The notes under the pieces: model-generated | What the model was told of the DNA's origin: nothing | The model's database searches: none | What the model saw: the letters and a program-made list of their open reading frames with translations, nothing else | Part shown: positions 46,644-55,738 of the stretch, one piece after another | How the letters are laid out: each line of letters opens with the position of its first letter | Position numbering within the stretch: position 1 is the stretch's first letter | Made by a program: the position numbers and the translations under genes | From: an uncultured Candidatus Bathyarchaeia archaeon | GTDB lineage: Archaea; Thermoproteota; CALKCG01; B24; JAWCPE01 | Direction: 5' to 3' | Length of the DNA stretch: 64,000 nucleotides | Assembly (NCBI GenBank): GCA_964396445.1 | Contig: CAYNFI010000003.1 | Coordinates: 2,231 to 66,230, forward strand

Positions 46644-47344
46644 TTAAGGAGCTTTAGGAAGCCTCTTTGCTTGTCTGAGGGTCTCGATAACCTCCCCATC
46701 GTTTAAGTCGTACCAGTTCCTATAGGCGTCCGCCACTGCGAATACAGGTCCGCTTCTTACGTTGAGGCATACCATCTCATCCACTTCGTGTATAAGTAGC
46801 ATGATAGCGCTAAAGGAGTCCATCGGCACAGCACAACAACCTTCAACAATTTCACCTTCTTCGCAGACCTCGCCGCTGCCAGCATAGCGAAGCCTGAAGT
46901 CAGCCCATCGTCGACCAATATGACCACTTTATCGTTTAAATCTGGCATAGACTTGTCTCGCCTGAATTTTCTAAGCCTCTCTTTAATGACCCTCCTTGTC
47001 TCCGCGACCGATTTATCGATTACATCTTTCGTTAAGCCTAGATGCCGAATGAGAGTTTCATTAAAGTCTGTTTCGCCGTCCCAGGTTAGGGCTCCGAAGC
47101 CGGCTTCGGTGTTCCACGGTATCTGAACCTTCCTAACGATGATCACGTCCATGGGGATACCGAGTTTATTAGCGAACGTGTAGCCTACGGGAACCCCACC
47201 AGCCGGCAAAGCTAAGATGATAACATTATCCTTGCCAGCGTACCCGCGGAGCTTCTCAGCTAGAAGCCTGCCAGCGTGAATCCTATCACAGAAAATCTAC
47301 ACACATTCCCAGTATGCGGGTTCCTCAATAAGCTTGGTAGGCAT
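46644..47344 (-). pseudogene. Phosphoribosyltransferase-family gene with an in-frame TAG near the 5' end and a 1-nt frameshift
   Basis: Minus-strand reading gives ATG...GTG TAG ATT TTC TGT GAT AGG = ...V*IFCDRIHAGRLLAEKL..ALPAGGVPVGY...VILVDDGLTSGF (PRPP loop). The frame then breaks at gttgttgtgctgtgccg (about 46835-46851). The conserved C-terminus AVPMDSFSAIM...EVDEMVCL continues in another frame, and one extra G would restore KVVVAVP. Confidence 0.7.
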
Positions 47345-47585
47345 TACAGAAACCCCGCTTAAAATAAATTATAGACTAGAGCCGATTTAACCATAGCTTT
47401 TCACAATCTTGGCTTACACGCGTGAAGAGAACTCGTTGTCCTAAAATCAATGTTCCTTTAACTTGCGCCAGGTGCCACTACACCTCTTAGAGATATGAGA
47501 GACAACCAGTCCTAGTAATGCAATACAGCGTTTTAGCAAAGGTTATAAGGGTAGGGCTGCGGGTTTCGGAGAGAGAGGTTTTCGC

Positions 47586-48542
47586 ATGAGGCTTGCTTAC
47601 GGCGCGATTGCAGAGGTGACTGATGAGAAGCTTTTGTTCGCGAAACAGCTTGGGGCGACGGATATAATCGTCAACACACCTCAGCTGCCGGGAAATGGGT
47701 ACTGGGAATTCCTTCCGCTTCTAGAGTTAAGGACGCGGGTTGAAGCCTTCGGTTTGAAGCTTGCTGCGATTGAGAACATACCTCACGATTGGTATCTGAA
47801 GGCTATGCTCGGTGAACAAGGGCGTGACGTACTGATTGAGAACTTCTGCAAAACTCTTAGGAACATGGGTAAGGCAGGTATCCCTATCTTAGGCTATCAC
47901 TGGATGCCCACCGCGGTTTGGCGAACATGTTACGACACGCCTTGGCGCGGCGGCGCCCGTGTTACCAGCTTTGATTATGACCTTGTGAAAGACGCTCCCT
48001 TAACACCCTTGGGTACACTAAGCGATGACCAGATGTGGGATAACTATACCTACTTCCTGAGGATGGTAATCCCGGTGGCTGAGGAGGCTGGGGTTAGGAT
48101 GGGGCTTCATCCTGATGACCCTCCTGTCCCGTCTCTCGCGGGAATAGCTCGGATCTTCCGCAGCGTTGATGCCTTTAAACGTATGGTCGAAATCGTTCCA
48201 AGTGAGTATAGCGGGCTGGAGTTCTGTCAAGGCTGCTTCAGCGAGATGGGCGCCGATGTGGTTGAAGCCATACGGTACTTTGGGGCTAGGAAGAAGATCT
48301 TCTACGTCCACTTCCGAAACGTTCATGGAACGCCCTATAAGTTCAATGAAACCTTCATAGACGACGGTCAGACCGACATGTACGTGGCGATGCGTGCTTA
48401 TAAGGAGGTGGGTTTCGACGGTCCCATCATCGACGACCACGTGCCCAAGGTTGTTGACGACACCCCTTGGGGGCATAGAGGCCGCGCTTATGCCTCAGGA
48501 TACATCAAAGCCCTGATCGATGTTGTAAACGCTCTTCCCTGA
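47586..48542 (+). CDS. Mannonate dehydratase (UxuA)-like / xylose-isomerase-like TIM-barrel protein
   Basis: GIPILGYHWMP and the overall pattern resemble UxuA. The functional assignment is tentative. Confidence 0.6.
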   Translation: MRLAYGAIAEVTDEKLLFAKQLGATDIIVNTPQLPGNGYWEFLPLLELRTRVEAFGLKLAAIENIPHDWYLKAMLGEQGRDVLIENFCKTLRNMGKAGIPILGYHWMPTAVWRTCYDTPWRGGARVTSFDYDLVKDAPLTPLGTLSDDQMWDNYTYFLRMVIPVAEEAGVRMGLHPDDPPVPSLAGIARIFRSVDAFKRMVEIVPSEYSGLEFCQGCFSEMGADVVEAIRYFGARKKIFYVHFRNVHGTPYKFNETFIDDGQTDMYVAMRAYKEVGFDGPIIDDHVPKVVDDTPWGHRGRAYASGYIKALIDVVNALP

Positions 48543-48684
48543 AAAAGTGGTAACCCCACTACGCCTTGAAAACGAAGCAGAGAGGCAAATTAGTTTTGCA
48601 TCGAGAATATGGAGAGGTATTTCTCGTTAAGCCGATACATGAAATAGGGATTTATAGACGGCTTGAATCATGGAGTTAATGGTA

Positions 48685-49674
48685 TCATAACTTGTGAGAG
48701 GTGTTTTCGCTTTTAGCGATTTCCTCCAGAGGTAGTATCTGCTGAGGTTCGTGGACGACGAGGCCTTGCGCGAGCCTCCGAAGGATCGGTAGTAGCTTTA
48801 GGAAGTCGTTCCTATCGATGACCGTGTTGACGGAGTACCAGTTGCCGTCGGCGAGGGGGCTTATAGTCGGTTTTTTCAAGGCTGGAAGCTGGGTGAGGAG
48901 CTTGTCAAGGTTCTCTTTTCTCACATTGACAAAGATGTGGAGCTTCTTCTTTCCCTCAACTGTCCCCTTTAGGAGTGTTAGGATATCGTAAAGCTTCACC
49001 CTTTTCCATGGATCCTTTAAGGAATCCTTATTGGCGATGAGAATAGCCGAGGATTCCATGAGTGTTTCAACAGCCTTAAGGTTGTTCTGCTCCAGAGTTG
49101 CCCCGGTTTGGATGAGGTCGATGATGGCGTCAGCGTTTTCAGGGGGCTTCGCCTCAGTAGCCCCAAAGGATAGGTATATGATCAGCTTCGGGTTGACACC
49201 TCGCTTCCACCAAGGCGTGACCAGTAGGGGTTCCTGTGTTCCAAAGTGGCTCTGATAGGTATTGTTGGACTTCACGTAGCCTGCTGAGACGTTAAGGTAC
49301 TCTGTGGCTATCCTAACGTTTTGGCCTTTAGCCCAGATTTCCTCAAGAAGGTCTGATAAGGAGTTAATTTTCGTCCAAGTCTTTGGCACAGCGAGTACAA
49401 GCTTCACATACCCATACTCTAAGTCTAGTAGGTGCTCAACGTCCGCGCTGGTTTCCTTAACCCAATCGGAACCCGTGATTCCAACGTCATGAAGTCCCTC
49501 AGCGACCGCGACAGGGATCTCCTGAGGCCTAAGAATCTTCAACTCGATCTCAGGGTCGTTTATCGACGGTCTATACATACGCTCCTCCCCGCTTAGGGTA
49601 TACCCTGAAAGCCTGAGGAGGTTGTAGGTATCCCTTTCTAAGGAACCCTTAGGAAGCGCAAGTTTCACAGACAT
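48685..49674 (-). CDS. hisG: ATP phosphoribosyltransferase
   Basis: LALPKGSLERDT..LL, DVGITGSDWV, the ATEY-type segment RIATEYLN and a C-terminal regulatory-like extension. Confidence 0.82.
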   Translation of the reverse strand: MSVKLALPKGSLERDTYNLLRLSGYTLSGEERMYRPSINDPEIELKILRPQEIPVAVAEGLHDVGITGSDWVKETSADVEHLLDLEYGYVKLVLAVPKTWTKINSLSDLLEEIWAKGQNVRIATEYLNVSAGYVKSNNTYQSHFGTQEPLLVTPWWKRGVNPKLIIYLSFGATEAKPPENADAIIDLIQTGATLEQNNLKAVETLMESSAILIANKDSLKDPWKRVKLYDILTLLKGTVEGKKKLHIFVNVRKENLDKLLTQLPALKKPTISPLADGNWYSVNTVIDRNDFLKLLPILRRLAQGLVVHEPQQILPLEEIAKSENTSHKL

Positions 49675-49712
49675 CGTTCTACCCCTCTACCATACAGTGA
49701 GCACTTAGACTA

Positions 49713-49731
49713 TTGTGGGATTTTTGTGGGA
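49713..49731. promoter_or_regulatory. Two direct copies of ttgtggga (minus strand TCCCACAA) spaced 11 nt start-to-start, upstream of hisG
   Basis: Read directly at 49713-49720 and 49724-49731. They lie between a TATA-like ctttttatg (minus strand, about 49755-49763) and the hisG ATG at 49674. Confidence 0.3.
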
Positions 49732-50094
49732 CAATTGTAAGTGTAAGGGTCGAACATAAAAAGTTTACGGAGCCAAGTCTTAAGGTTTGAACCGTGTAGC
49801 ATTTTTTACCACATTCGATCAGCGTATATGATGACGAGCCTCTAGGAGGTCTAACCACGGTGATAAATATAAGGAAACCATAGTGAATAATACGAAAACA
49901 GCTGACATTAACGCGTTTCTGTTAAATAGGAGCCTGAAAACAGATCAACGGCTATGTTAAAAATGATCGCTGGGTAACATCAGAAAATTAAAGCTAAAGA
50001 GATCGTTTAACCTTACACCAACTCTCCTGAAATTTAAAACTAAACTGTAGTACGGTTCAGAAGTTCACATACAATTGAGTAGGTTTCTTTAATC

Positions 50095-51129
50095 CTATAT
50101 AGGAGGCATAATCTCCCTCCGCTTATCCCTAGGAAGCTTCGTCCATTTTTGGAATTCCTGCGAAGGTGGCTCCAGTTCATAGAGTTTACGACGTTGAGAT
50201 TCAAGGAGCTTGTTTGGCCTACTGATGCTCTCCGCCGCTGTGAAAACCTTACATCCGCTTAATCGCGCTGCTTTAAAAACTGGGTGCGCGAGCTGCCTCC
50301 AGTTCTCATCTCGGAGAAGATGGTGGTCGAGGATAAGGATAGGTATCTTATCCGTTAGCTTGACGAGATTATGTATCCCTTGGTTAATGACTTCATATGA
50401 GACTTTAAACCCAGTGAGGTAGGATGGGGGTCCTCCTAGAATAACGGCTTCAGGTTTCTCCTCTATTATCCTTTGAAGGGTTGCCCCAGAAATCGGTCCT
50501 TGAACATCGGGGCAGTGCATAACCTTTTCATCACCACAGGTGACTGTAAGCATCAGAACCCATCCTAACCCTTCATTCTCTTCACCGTGGCAGACAGGTT
50601 CGGAGAACCTTAGCTGGGTGCCTCCAAACTCGAAGGTGTTTCCATCACAGACGGTGAGCTGCTTAGCCATCTCTCCGATGATCTTCGTGAAGATCCAGCC
50701 TCTCTTCCTTTGGTTATAGTTGATATGGCTTCGAGCATCCTTCACGAAGAGAAGCTTGTCCTGGTATATCTCACGGGCAACTTCACGGCTGCTCCAAGTC
50801 CAAACCGTGTCAACTCGTAAAGCCGGGGAAACATGGTCGAAGTGGTAGTGGGAAGCTGTGGCTACATCAGCTTTTCCAGCGTACGCCGCAACCTTCCTCC
50901 GACAACTTTGAAGCGCCTTATACTCCCTCGGATGTGGTAAAAGCCTGAAACGGGGACCGAGTGAAACCCCTGGGTCGATGATCACCTTAACATCCATGGT
51001 TTCAACGTAGGTACACATAGAGCGAACTCCGAAGCTTTCAAAAGCGAGGGGTACAACCCTAATCCTTCGAAGAGGTATCTGCAACCCTTTGTATTCCCCT
51101 TGACTTAAACCAGCCAAATACCCTATCAT
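50095..51129 (-). CDS. Metallo-beta-lactamase-fold hydrolase (archaeal family of unknown function)
   Basis: The HYHFDH motif (MBL HxHxDH type), IDPGVSLG, and further His/Asp ligand candidates downstream. Confidence 0.68.
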   Translation of the reverse strand: MIGYLAGLSQGEYKGLQIPLRRIRVVPLAFESFGVRSMCTYVETMDVKVIIDPGVSLGPRFRLLPHPREYKALQSCRRKVAAYAGKADVATASHYHFDHVSPALRVDTVWTWSSREVAREIYQDKLLFVKDARSHINYNQRKRGWIFTKIIGEMAKQLTVCDGNTFEFGGTQLRFSEPVCHGEENEGLGWVLMLTVTCGDEKVMHCPDVQGPISGATLQRIIEEKPEAVILGGPPSYLTGFKVSYEVINQGIHNLVKLTDKIPILILDHHLLRDENWRQLAHPVFKAARLSGCKVFTAAESISRPNKLLESQRRKLYELEPPSQEFQKWTKLPRDKRREIMPPI

Positions 51130-51254
51130 CCAAAGTTTACTAATAAATCCTCACAAGTTTTCGAGAATGCGGATAGCTTCACCGGTCTCCCTCATCTGCG
51201 ATGGGCTTAACGGTTTGAAAGCCACGTGGTGTTTGAAGACAGTGATATAGGTTT

Positions 51255-52652
51255 TTAGTTTGAACCGAAGTCGTACATTATGCTCGCGGCGTACATTATT
51301 CCCTTGACGAAGTGGTGGATGGTTATGAACTCGTTTGGAGCATGGGCTTTAGAGAAAGGTGGTGCGCATCCTGTCCATATAGAGGCCAGGCCAAGCCTTT
51401 TGGTAAAGAGGTAATCTGGTCCTGAGCCTGCGGCGTTAGGGTAGACCACTGGCTTAACGCCGTAAACCTTCTCAGCTGCTTTTATCACTGTTTGTGAGAC
51501 GTGGGCTTCCAAGGGGGTTTTCGATGGCTCCAAGAACCCTATTAGTACAACCTCAACGTCTCCAAACCCTCTATCCACGAGGTGGCGCTTTAACTTTTCA
51601 AGAAGCTCGGATGGGCTTTGATCATATACAAGTCTGAAGTCAATCTTCGCCATAGCTGTACTTGGGAGAACGGTTTTCGACCCTGAACCTGTATACCCTG
51701 CTTCAAAACCGCATATAGTGCATGTTGGTTCGCATATTAGGGCTTTGAAGGCTTCAGAGCCACTACGATTCATAAGAAACGTTGTGAGCCCGAAAGCCTT
51801 CTTTATACCTTCCTCGTTGAACGGAGCTTCATTTAACAGCTGCAGCTCCGCTGGGCTTGGCGGTTGAACACGGTCGTACCAACCCTCGACAGTTATTCTC
51901 TCATCCAAGCTCTTCACCGTAGCCAAGGCCCACAGGATTCGCCAAGCAGGGTTCTTAACAAGAGGGGCGTAGGAGGAGTGGAGGTCAACCCCCGCACCGA
52001 TACAGCGAAGCTCCACATACAGTATTCCCTTAAGCCCTAGGTCGATGGTGGGACGCCCTGAGGGATCCATACCACCGTCGCAGCAGACAACCGCGTCAGC
52101 CTCAAGCATACCCTTATGCTGCGCTATGAAACCTGGGAGATGCGTACTGCTAACCTCTTCCTCACCCTCGAATAGAAACTTAAGGTTCACAGGGACATCA
52201 CCCACGGTTTTAAGGAAGGCTTCAACAGCCTTCACATAAGCCATGATGTTCCCCTTACTGTCCGATGCCCCCCGTGCGTAGATGGCTCCATCCCTAACCT
52301 CTGCTTCGAAGGGTGGGTTCACCCACTCATTCAAGGGCTCAGGGGGCTGGACATCGTAATGCGAATATACCAGTAACGTTCTCTTGGAAGCCTTGGATTT
52401 CACCTCACCGTACACGACGGGTTGTCCTTCAGGAAGAGGTATTACTCGGGTTTCTATCCCCGATTCCTCCATGAGTTTCCTTAGGAGCAAGGCGCATTCC
52501 TTAACACCCTTGTCCTGAGCTGAAACACTGGGCTGCCTTAGAAGTTTTCTAAGCTCTTCAACGAAGCGTTCACAGTTTACCTCAACATAGTTAAAAAAGT
52601 TGTGTAATGTCATGGAGAAAACTAGGCAGCTTACGTATTTATGATTTCCCAT
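51255..52652 (-). CDS. M20 family metallopeptidase (ArgE/DapE/dipeptidase-like)
   Basis: LLVYSHYDVQPPEPLNEWVNPPF, RGASDSKG and FEGEEEV are metal-ligand motifs of M20. The likely start is the ATG at 52613. Confidence 0.8.
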   Translation of the reverse strand: MGNHKYVSCLVFSMTLHNFFNYVEVNCERFVEELRKLLRQPSVSAQDKGVKECALLLRKLMEESGIETRVIPLPEGQPVVYGEVKSKASKRTLLVYSHYDVQPPEPLNEWVNPPFEAEVRDGAIYARGASDSKGNIMAYVKAVEAFLKTVGDVPVNLKFLFEGEEEVSSTHLPGFIAQHKGMLEADAVVCCDGGMDPSGRPTIDLGLKGILYVELRCIGAGVDLHSSYAPLVKNPAWRILWALATVKSLDERITVEGWYDRVQPPSPAELQLLNEAPFNEEGIKKAFGLTTFLMNRSGSEAFKALICEPTCTICGFEAGYTGSGSKTVLPSTAMAKIDFRLVYDQSPSELLEKLKRHLVDRGFGDVEVVLIGFLEPSKTPLEAHVSQTVIKAAEKVYGVKPVVYPNAAGSGPDYLFTKRLGLASIWTGCAPPFSKAHAPNEFITIHHFVKGIMYAASIMYDFGSN

Positions 52653-52767
52653 CAGGTAGTTTAAATCGATGAGGTGTAGATGGGACTAAGAAAGTTTTTC
52701 TATGGGAGGCTATGCTATAATCCTAACTGGAACTGTCAAGTTACTCCCGGGAGGATGCTGTTAAACT

Positions 52768-53169
52768 TTGGATGAAGCCGCTGATTACCTTGAGAAACTT
52801 GCCGATATTTTAGCGCGAAGCTCTAAGCCCAACCTGGAGGCGAGGCTGGCTCGGCTTGAAGCATTACAGACGAACATTGGGAAACTCGAGACTTCACTAG
52901 CGAGCCTCCACCCTATGGAGGTTACTGAGTTCAGAAACGCTGTCTTCGACGTTCTGAAAGACCCAAGGCTCGATCGAGCGCATAAAGTGGCTGAGATTAC
53001 TAATAGAATGGAGGCGCTTAAGAAGAAAGGTGTCTTAGAGGTAAAGGACCATAGAGACCTTGTTGGGTTAGGGCTTCTCCTAATCGCTTTCCCCGAACCT
53101 ACCCTTATCTCCGACGCCCTAGGTTTAGGCCTCATAGCGGTTGGGTTACTGCTTCAGAAAACGCGATAG
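52768..53169 (+). CDS. Hypothetical coiled-coil protein with a C-terminal membrane anchor
   Basis: 133-aa ORF with a helical heptad-like N-terminal part and a C-terminal LVGLGLLLIAFPEPTLISDALGLGLIAVGLLL. TTG start. The antisense ORF 52785-53135 is Ser/Arg-rich and less protein-like. Confidence 0.4.
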   Translation: MDEAADYLEKLADILARSSKPNLEARLARLEALQTNIGKLETSLASLHPMEVTEFRNAVFDVLKDPRLDRAHKVAEITNRMEALKKKGVLEVKDHRDLVGLGLLLIAFPEPTLISDALGLGLIAVGLLLQKTR

Positions 53170-53411
53170 AATTAAGACTGCCCCTAGGATCGGCTATGAA
53201 AATCAACCCAGCTAAAACTTTTCTCCGATCTTGTTTCAAGAGGACTTATATATAGGCGTAGGGAGTAATTGATTTAAAAAACTGATGTGATAGGCTGCCT
53301 TACTGTCGTATATGCTGAGCTAAGTTAGGTTATGATACATGGTTCTATTCATTTTACGTAACTTACGTTGCGAGCACTGGGTTGATATGGTAATAGGAGG
53401 AGGATGTAGAT

Positions 53412-54044
53412 ATGAAGTGCCCAAACTGCGGAACTGAAGTAGGTGAGGATGCCAGATTCTGCACCAACTGCGGCGTCGCCCTTCTTTCCACCGTTAAAGA
53501 AGAGGGAGCAACTCCGCTTTACTGTAAAAAATGCGGTTTAAAACTCCCTGAAGGCGCAGCCTTCTGCACCAAATGCGGCAACCCCGTTGCAACAGTACCC
53601 CCCATAACCCCCGTTGCGAGAACAGAAACCCGCATTATATTGGCTAGTTGGGGAGAGCGGTTCGTTGCCTGGTTACTCGATATCATCATAATCGGCATAG
53701 TGCTTGCACCATTGAAGTGGTTAGCGATATGGCCTGCCTTTGTATGGGCGCCGGCACCCCTTAGATGGATACCCTTCGCCGACTTCGGACTGGATAACCT
53801 CATATACCTCCTGTACTGGACTTTCATGGAAGGTTCCAATGGTCAATCCCTCGGCAAGATGATTATGAAGATCAAGGTAACCCGGCTTAATGGGGCGCCC
53901 ACAGATATCGCACACGCCGCCTTACAGAGCCTTGGGAAAGCCTTTCTACTCCCAATAGACTGCCTCATAGGATGGATCCTGTACCCATTAAAAAATCAAA
54001 GACTTTTCAACTATCTCTCCGAAACCATCGTTGTGAAAGCTTAA
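53412..54044 (+). CDS. Double zinc-ribbon fused to an RDD-family membrane domain
   Basis: MKCPNCGTEV..RFCTNCG and YCKKCG...AFCTKCG ribbons, followed by an RDD-like TM domain (GERFVAWLLDIIIIGIV...GQSLGKMIMKIKV). Confidence 0.72.
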   Translation: MKCPNCGTEVGEDARFCTNCGVALLSTVKEEGATPLYCKKCGLKLPEGAAFCTKCGNPVATVPPITPVARTETRIILASWGERFVAWLLDIIIIGIVLAPLKWLAIWPAFVWAPAPLRWIPFADFGLDNLIYLLYWTFMEGSNGQSLGKMIMKIKVTRLNGAPTDIAHAALQSLGKAFLLPIDCLIGWILYPLKNQRLFNYLSETIVVKA

Positions 54045-54151
54045 CTCTAGAAATAGTCTCACACACCCGTGCTAGAGGCTATGCTCTATATATCAACGAC
54101 CTAAATAGCTTTTCAACCACTTCTCAGCCCTAGTTTCATCTTTACCCACTC

Positions 54152-54325
54152 TCATAGTTCAGAAACAATCCCGTCTGTAACACTAAAACCATCCGCTTGA
54201 AAATACTTAAAATACTCCAATGGTTCACAGACCCATGACTCCATATGAAGTTTCTCGATGTACCTTTTGAGTACCTCGCCTAACAGCTTGCGAAAACACC
54301 TTTCTCCAAGCTTGAGGCTTCTCCT
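54152..54325 (-). pseudogene. Start-less remnant resembling the C-terminal half of a GNAT acetyltransferase (tentative)
   Basis: My own translation gives RRSLKLGERCFRKLLGEVLKRYIEKLHMESWVCEPLEYFKYFQADGFSVTDGIVSEL*. It is preceded directly by a stop, with no start codon before the internal Met. Confidence 0.3.
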
Positions 54326-54379
54326 TTAAAAAGGAGTAGGCATAATAGAGGGAAAGCTATTCGAACCTCAGCGGTAGAA

Positions 54380-54544
54380 ATGACGAAGTTAAAGGCGGCA
54401 GTTATCGGTTGCGGCGGCGCCGCACGTTTCACCCACGTACGCTGGTATTTACTCAATCCCTCAGTGGATTTAACAGCCCTCGCAGACCCTGATAAAGCGA
54501 AACTGACGTACTGCGCAGAAGAACTGGTTGAAACAGGTTCTTGA
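54380..54544 (+). pseudogene. 54-aa N-terminal remnant of a Gfo/Idh/MocA oxidoreductase
   Basis: MTKLKAAVIGCGGAARFTHVRWYLLNPSVDLTALADPDKAKLTYCAEEL is only the Rossmann start. The ORF then terminates. Confidence 0.55.
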
Positions 54545-54880
54545 GATAAAAGAGACTCTACATCAAAGTTACAGGGTTAAGGAAGAAGGTCAAACCGTCG
54601 ACCCAATCCTCTTTATGAGGGAGCTTAGACAGGCGTTGCCGAGAGACTCCACCGTTTTCACGGATACAGGTCAGCATGCCACCCACGTTTCTTTCCCACC
54701 CCTTTTTCCGGCTTTTGGACCTAGAACGGTTATAGACCCCGGTGGATGAACGCCTATGGGTTTCGCCCCTACGGCAGCCATAGACTTTGTTGCAGCTTAG
54801 ACACAGGGAGCCTCTACTTCGACTACCTCTACAAATATTTTTAGAGACCTGATAAAGATTTTGAACAACGCTGTTAAATA
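54528..54880 (+). pseudogene. Decayed fragment of a thiamine-diphosphate enzyme (acetolactate-synthase-like)
   Basis: VDPILFMRELRQALPRDSTVFTDTGQHATH...PRTVIDPGG*TPMGFAPTAAI parallels the ALS segment ...TDVGQHQMW...SGGLGTMGFGLPAAIGA. Pieces in other frames (DTGSLYFD, KILNNAV) suggest further indels. Confidence 0.55.
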
Positions 54881-54950
54881 ATAGGAAGCGGGTAGAGTAG
54901 GAGGATGGGTGTGCAGGTGGTAGGATACGGGCGACGGAGACTATGAGGCA

Positions 54951-55340
54951 ATGCTGGGAAAAGCTTACGAGCAGCTGCAGCCCCGCATAGGCAAGGGGGG
55001 GAGATTTCAACCGCTGAAGGCTGATGTATCTCGGATGGGGAATCAAACCTTCTTACAGAACTTTAAAGCTATCTGCGACCAGCTTAACAGGGACCCGCAC
55101 CATGTTCTCAAGTTCATCTCTAAGGAACTGGCGACAGCCGCGACTCAGAAGGACACCTACGTCGTTTTCCAAGGTAGGTTCTCTGAAAACCAAGTTCAGA
55201 GGCTTGTAAGCAGGTATATTTCAGACTTCGTCGTGTGCCCCGTCTGTAAACTACCTGACACGAGGATCGATAAACGTGGTAGATTCTACTTCCTCCTCTG
55301 CGAAGCCTGTGGAGCTAAGTCTTCAGTGAGAGCGGTTTAG
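54951..55340 (+). CDS. eif2b: Translation initiation factor aIF2 beta subunit
   Basis: FQGRFSENQVQRLVSRYISDFVVCPVCKLPDTRIDKRGRFYFLLCEACGA is the C4 zinc ribbon, and NFKAICDQLNRDPHHVLKFISKELAT is also typical of aIF2-beta. Confidence 0.9.
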   Translation: MLGKAYEQLQPRIGKGGRFQPLKADVSRMGNQTFLQNFKAICDQLNRDPHHVLKFISKELATAATQKDTYVVFQGRFSENQVQRLVSRYISDFVVCPVCKLPDTRIDKRGRFYFLLCEACGAKSSVRAV

Positions 55341-55342
55341 CC

Positions 55343-55642
55343 TTGACTTTGGTGTACATAAACGTGATAAAACGGGGACGACACGTCCTCGTAGCCGTCT
55401 GCGACGAGGAAGTCCTTGGAAAAACACTCAACGATGGAAAAGTGGAGTTTCAAATAAGCGAGAGATTCTATAAAGGCGAGAAAGTAACGCTGGACGAGGC
55501 TATAGCCCGGGTAAGGGAGGCTACTTCAGCAAATCTCGTAGGTCATAACGTTGTGAAGAAGGCTACCTTGGAGGGTTTGATACACCCCAAAGCCATAATC
55601 CATATCGCGGGAATTCCGCACGCTCAGATGATCATGCTATAA
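55343..55642 (+). CDS. DUF424 family protein
   Basis: The YINVIKRGRHVLVAVCDEEVLGKTL start is typical of DUF424. TTG start 2 nt after the aIF2-beta stop. Confidence 0.55.
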   Translation: MTLVYINVIKRGRHVLVAVCDEEVLGKTLNDGKVEFQISERFYKGEKVTLDEAIARVREATSANLVGHNVVKKATLEGLIHPKAIIHIAGIPHAQMIML

Positions 55643-55738
55643 ATTTAAGGGAACCTACTTTTCCAACCCCGGTTTCGCGGAAAAGCTTTAAGTTAATACG
55701 CTTCTTAACCGTGACCGTAACCTTACAGGGGAAATACC

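Noticed and set aside
47297-47299. In-frame TAG in the phosphoribosyltransferase gene read as pyrrolysine
   Set aside because: No pyl genes or Pyl-dependent methyltransferases occur in the window. The TAG precedes the conserved N-terminus rather than a conserved residue, and the same gene also has a frameshift. Pseudogenisation is the simpler reading.
49847-49936. C/D-box sRNA, based on an AUGAUGA box at 49848-49854 and a CUGA downstream
   Set aside because: The spacing between the candidate C, D', C' and D boxes is far from the 12-nt guide architecture of archaeal C/D sRNAs. There is no terminal stem or k-turn pairing. Similar weak candidates at about 53280-53320 and 23170-23215 were rejected for the same reason.
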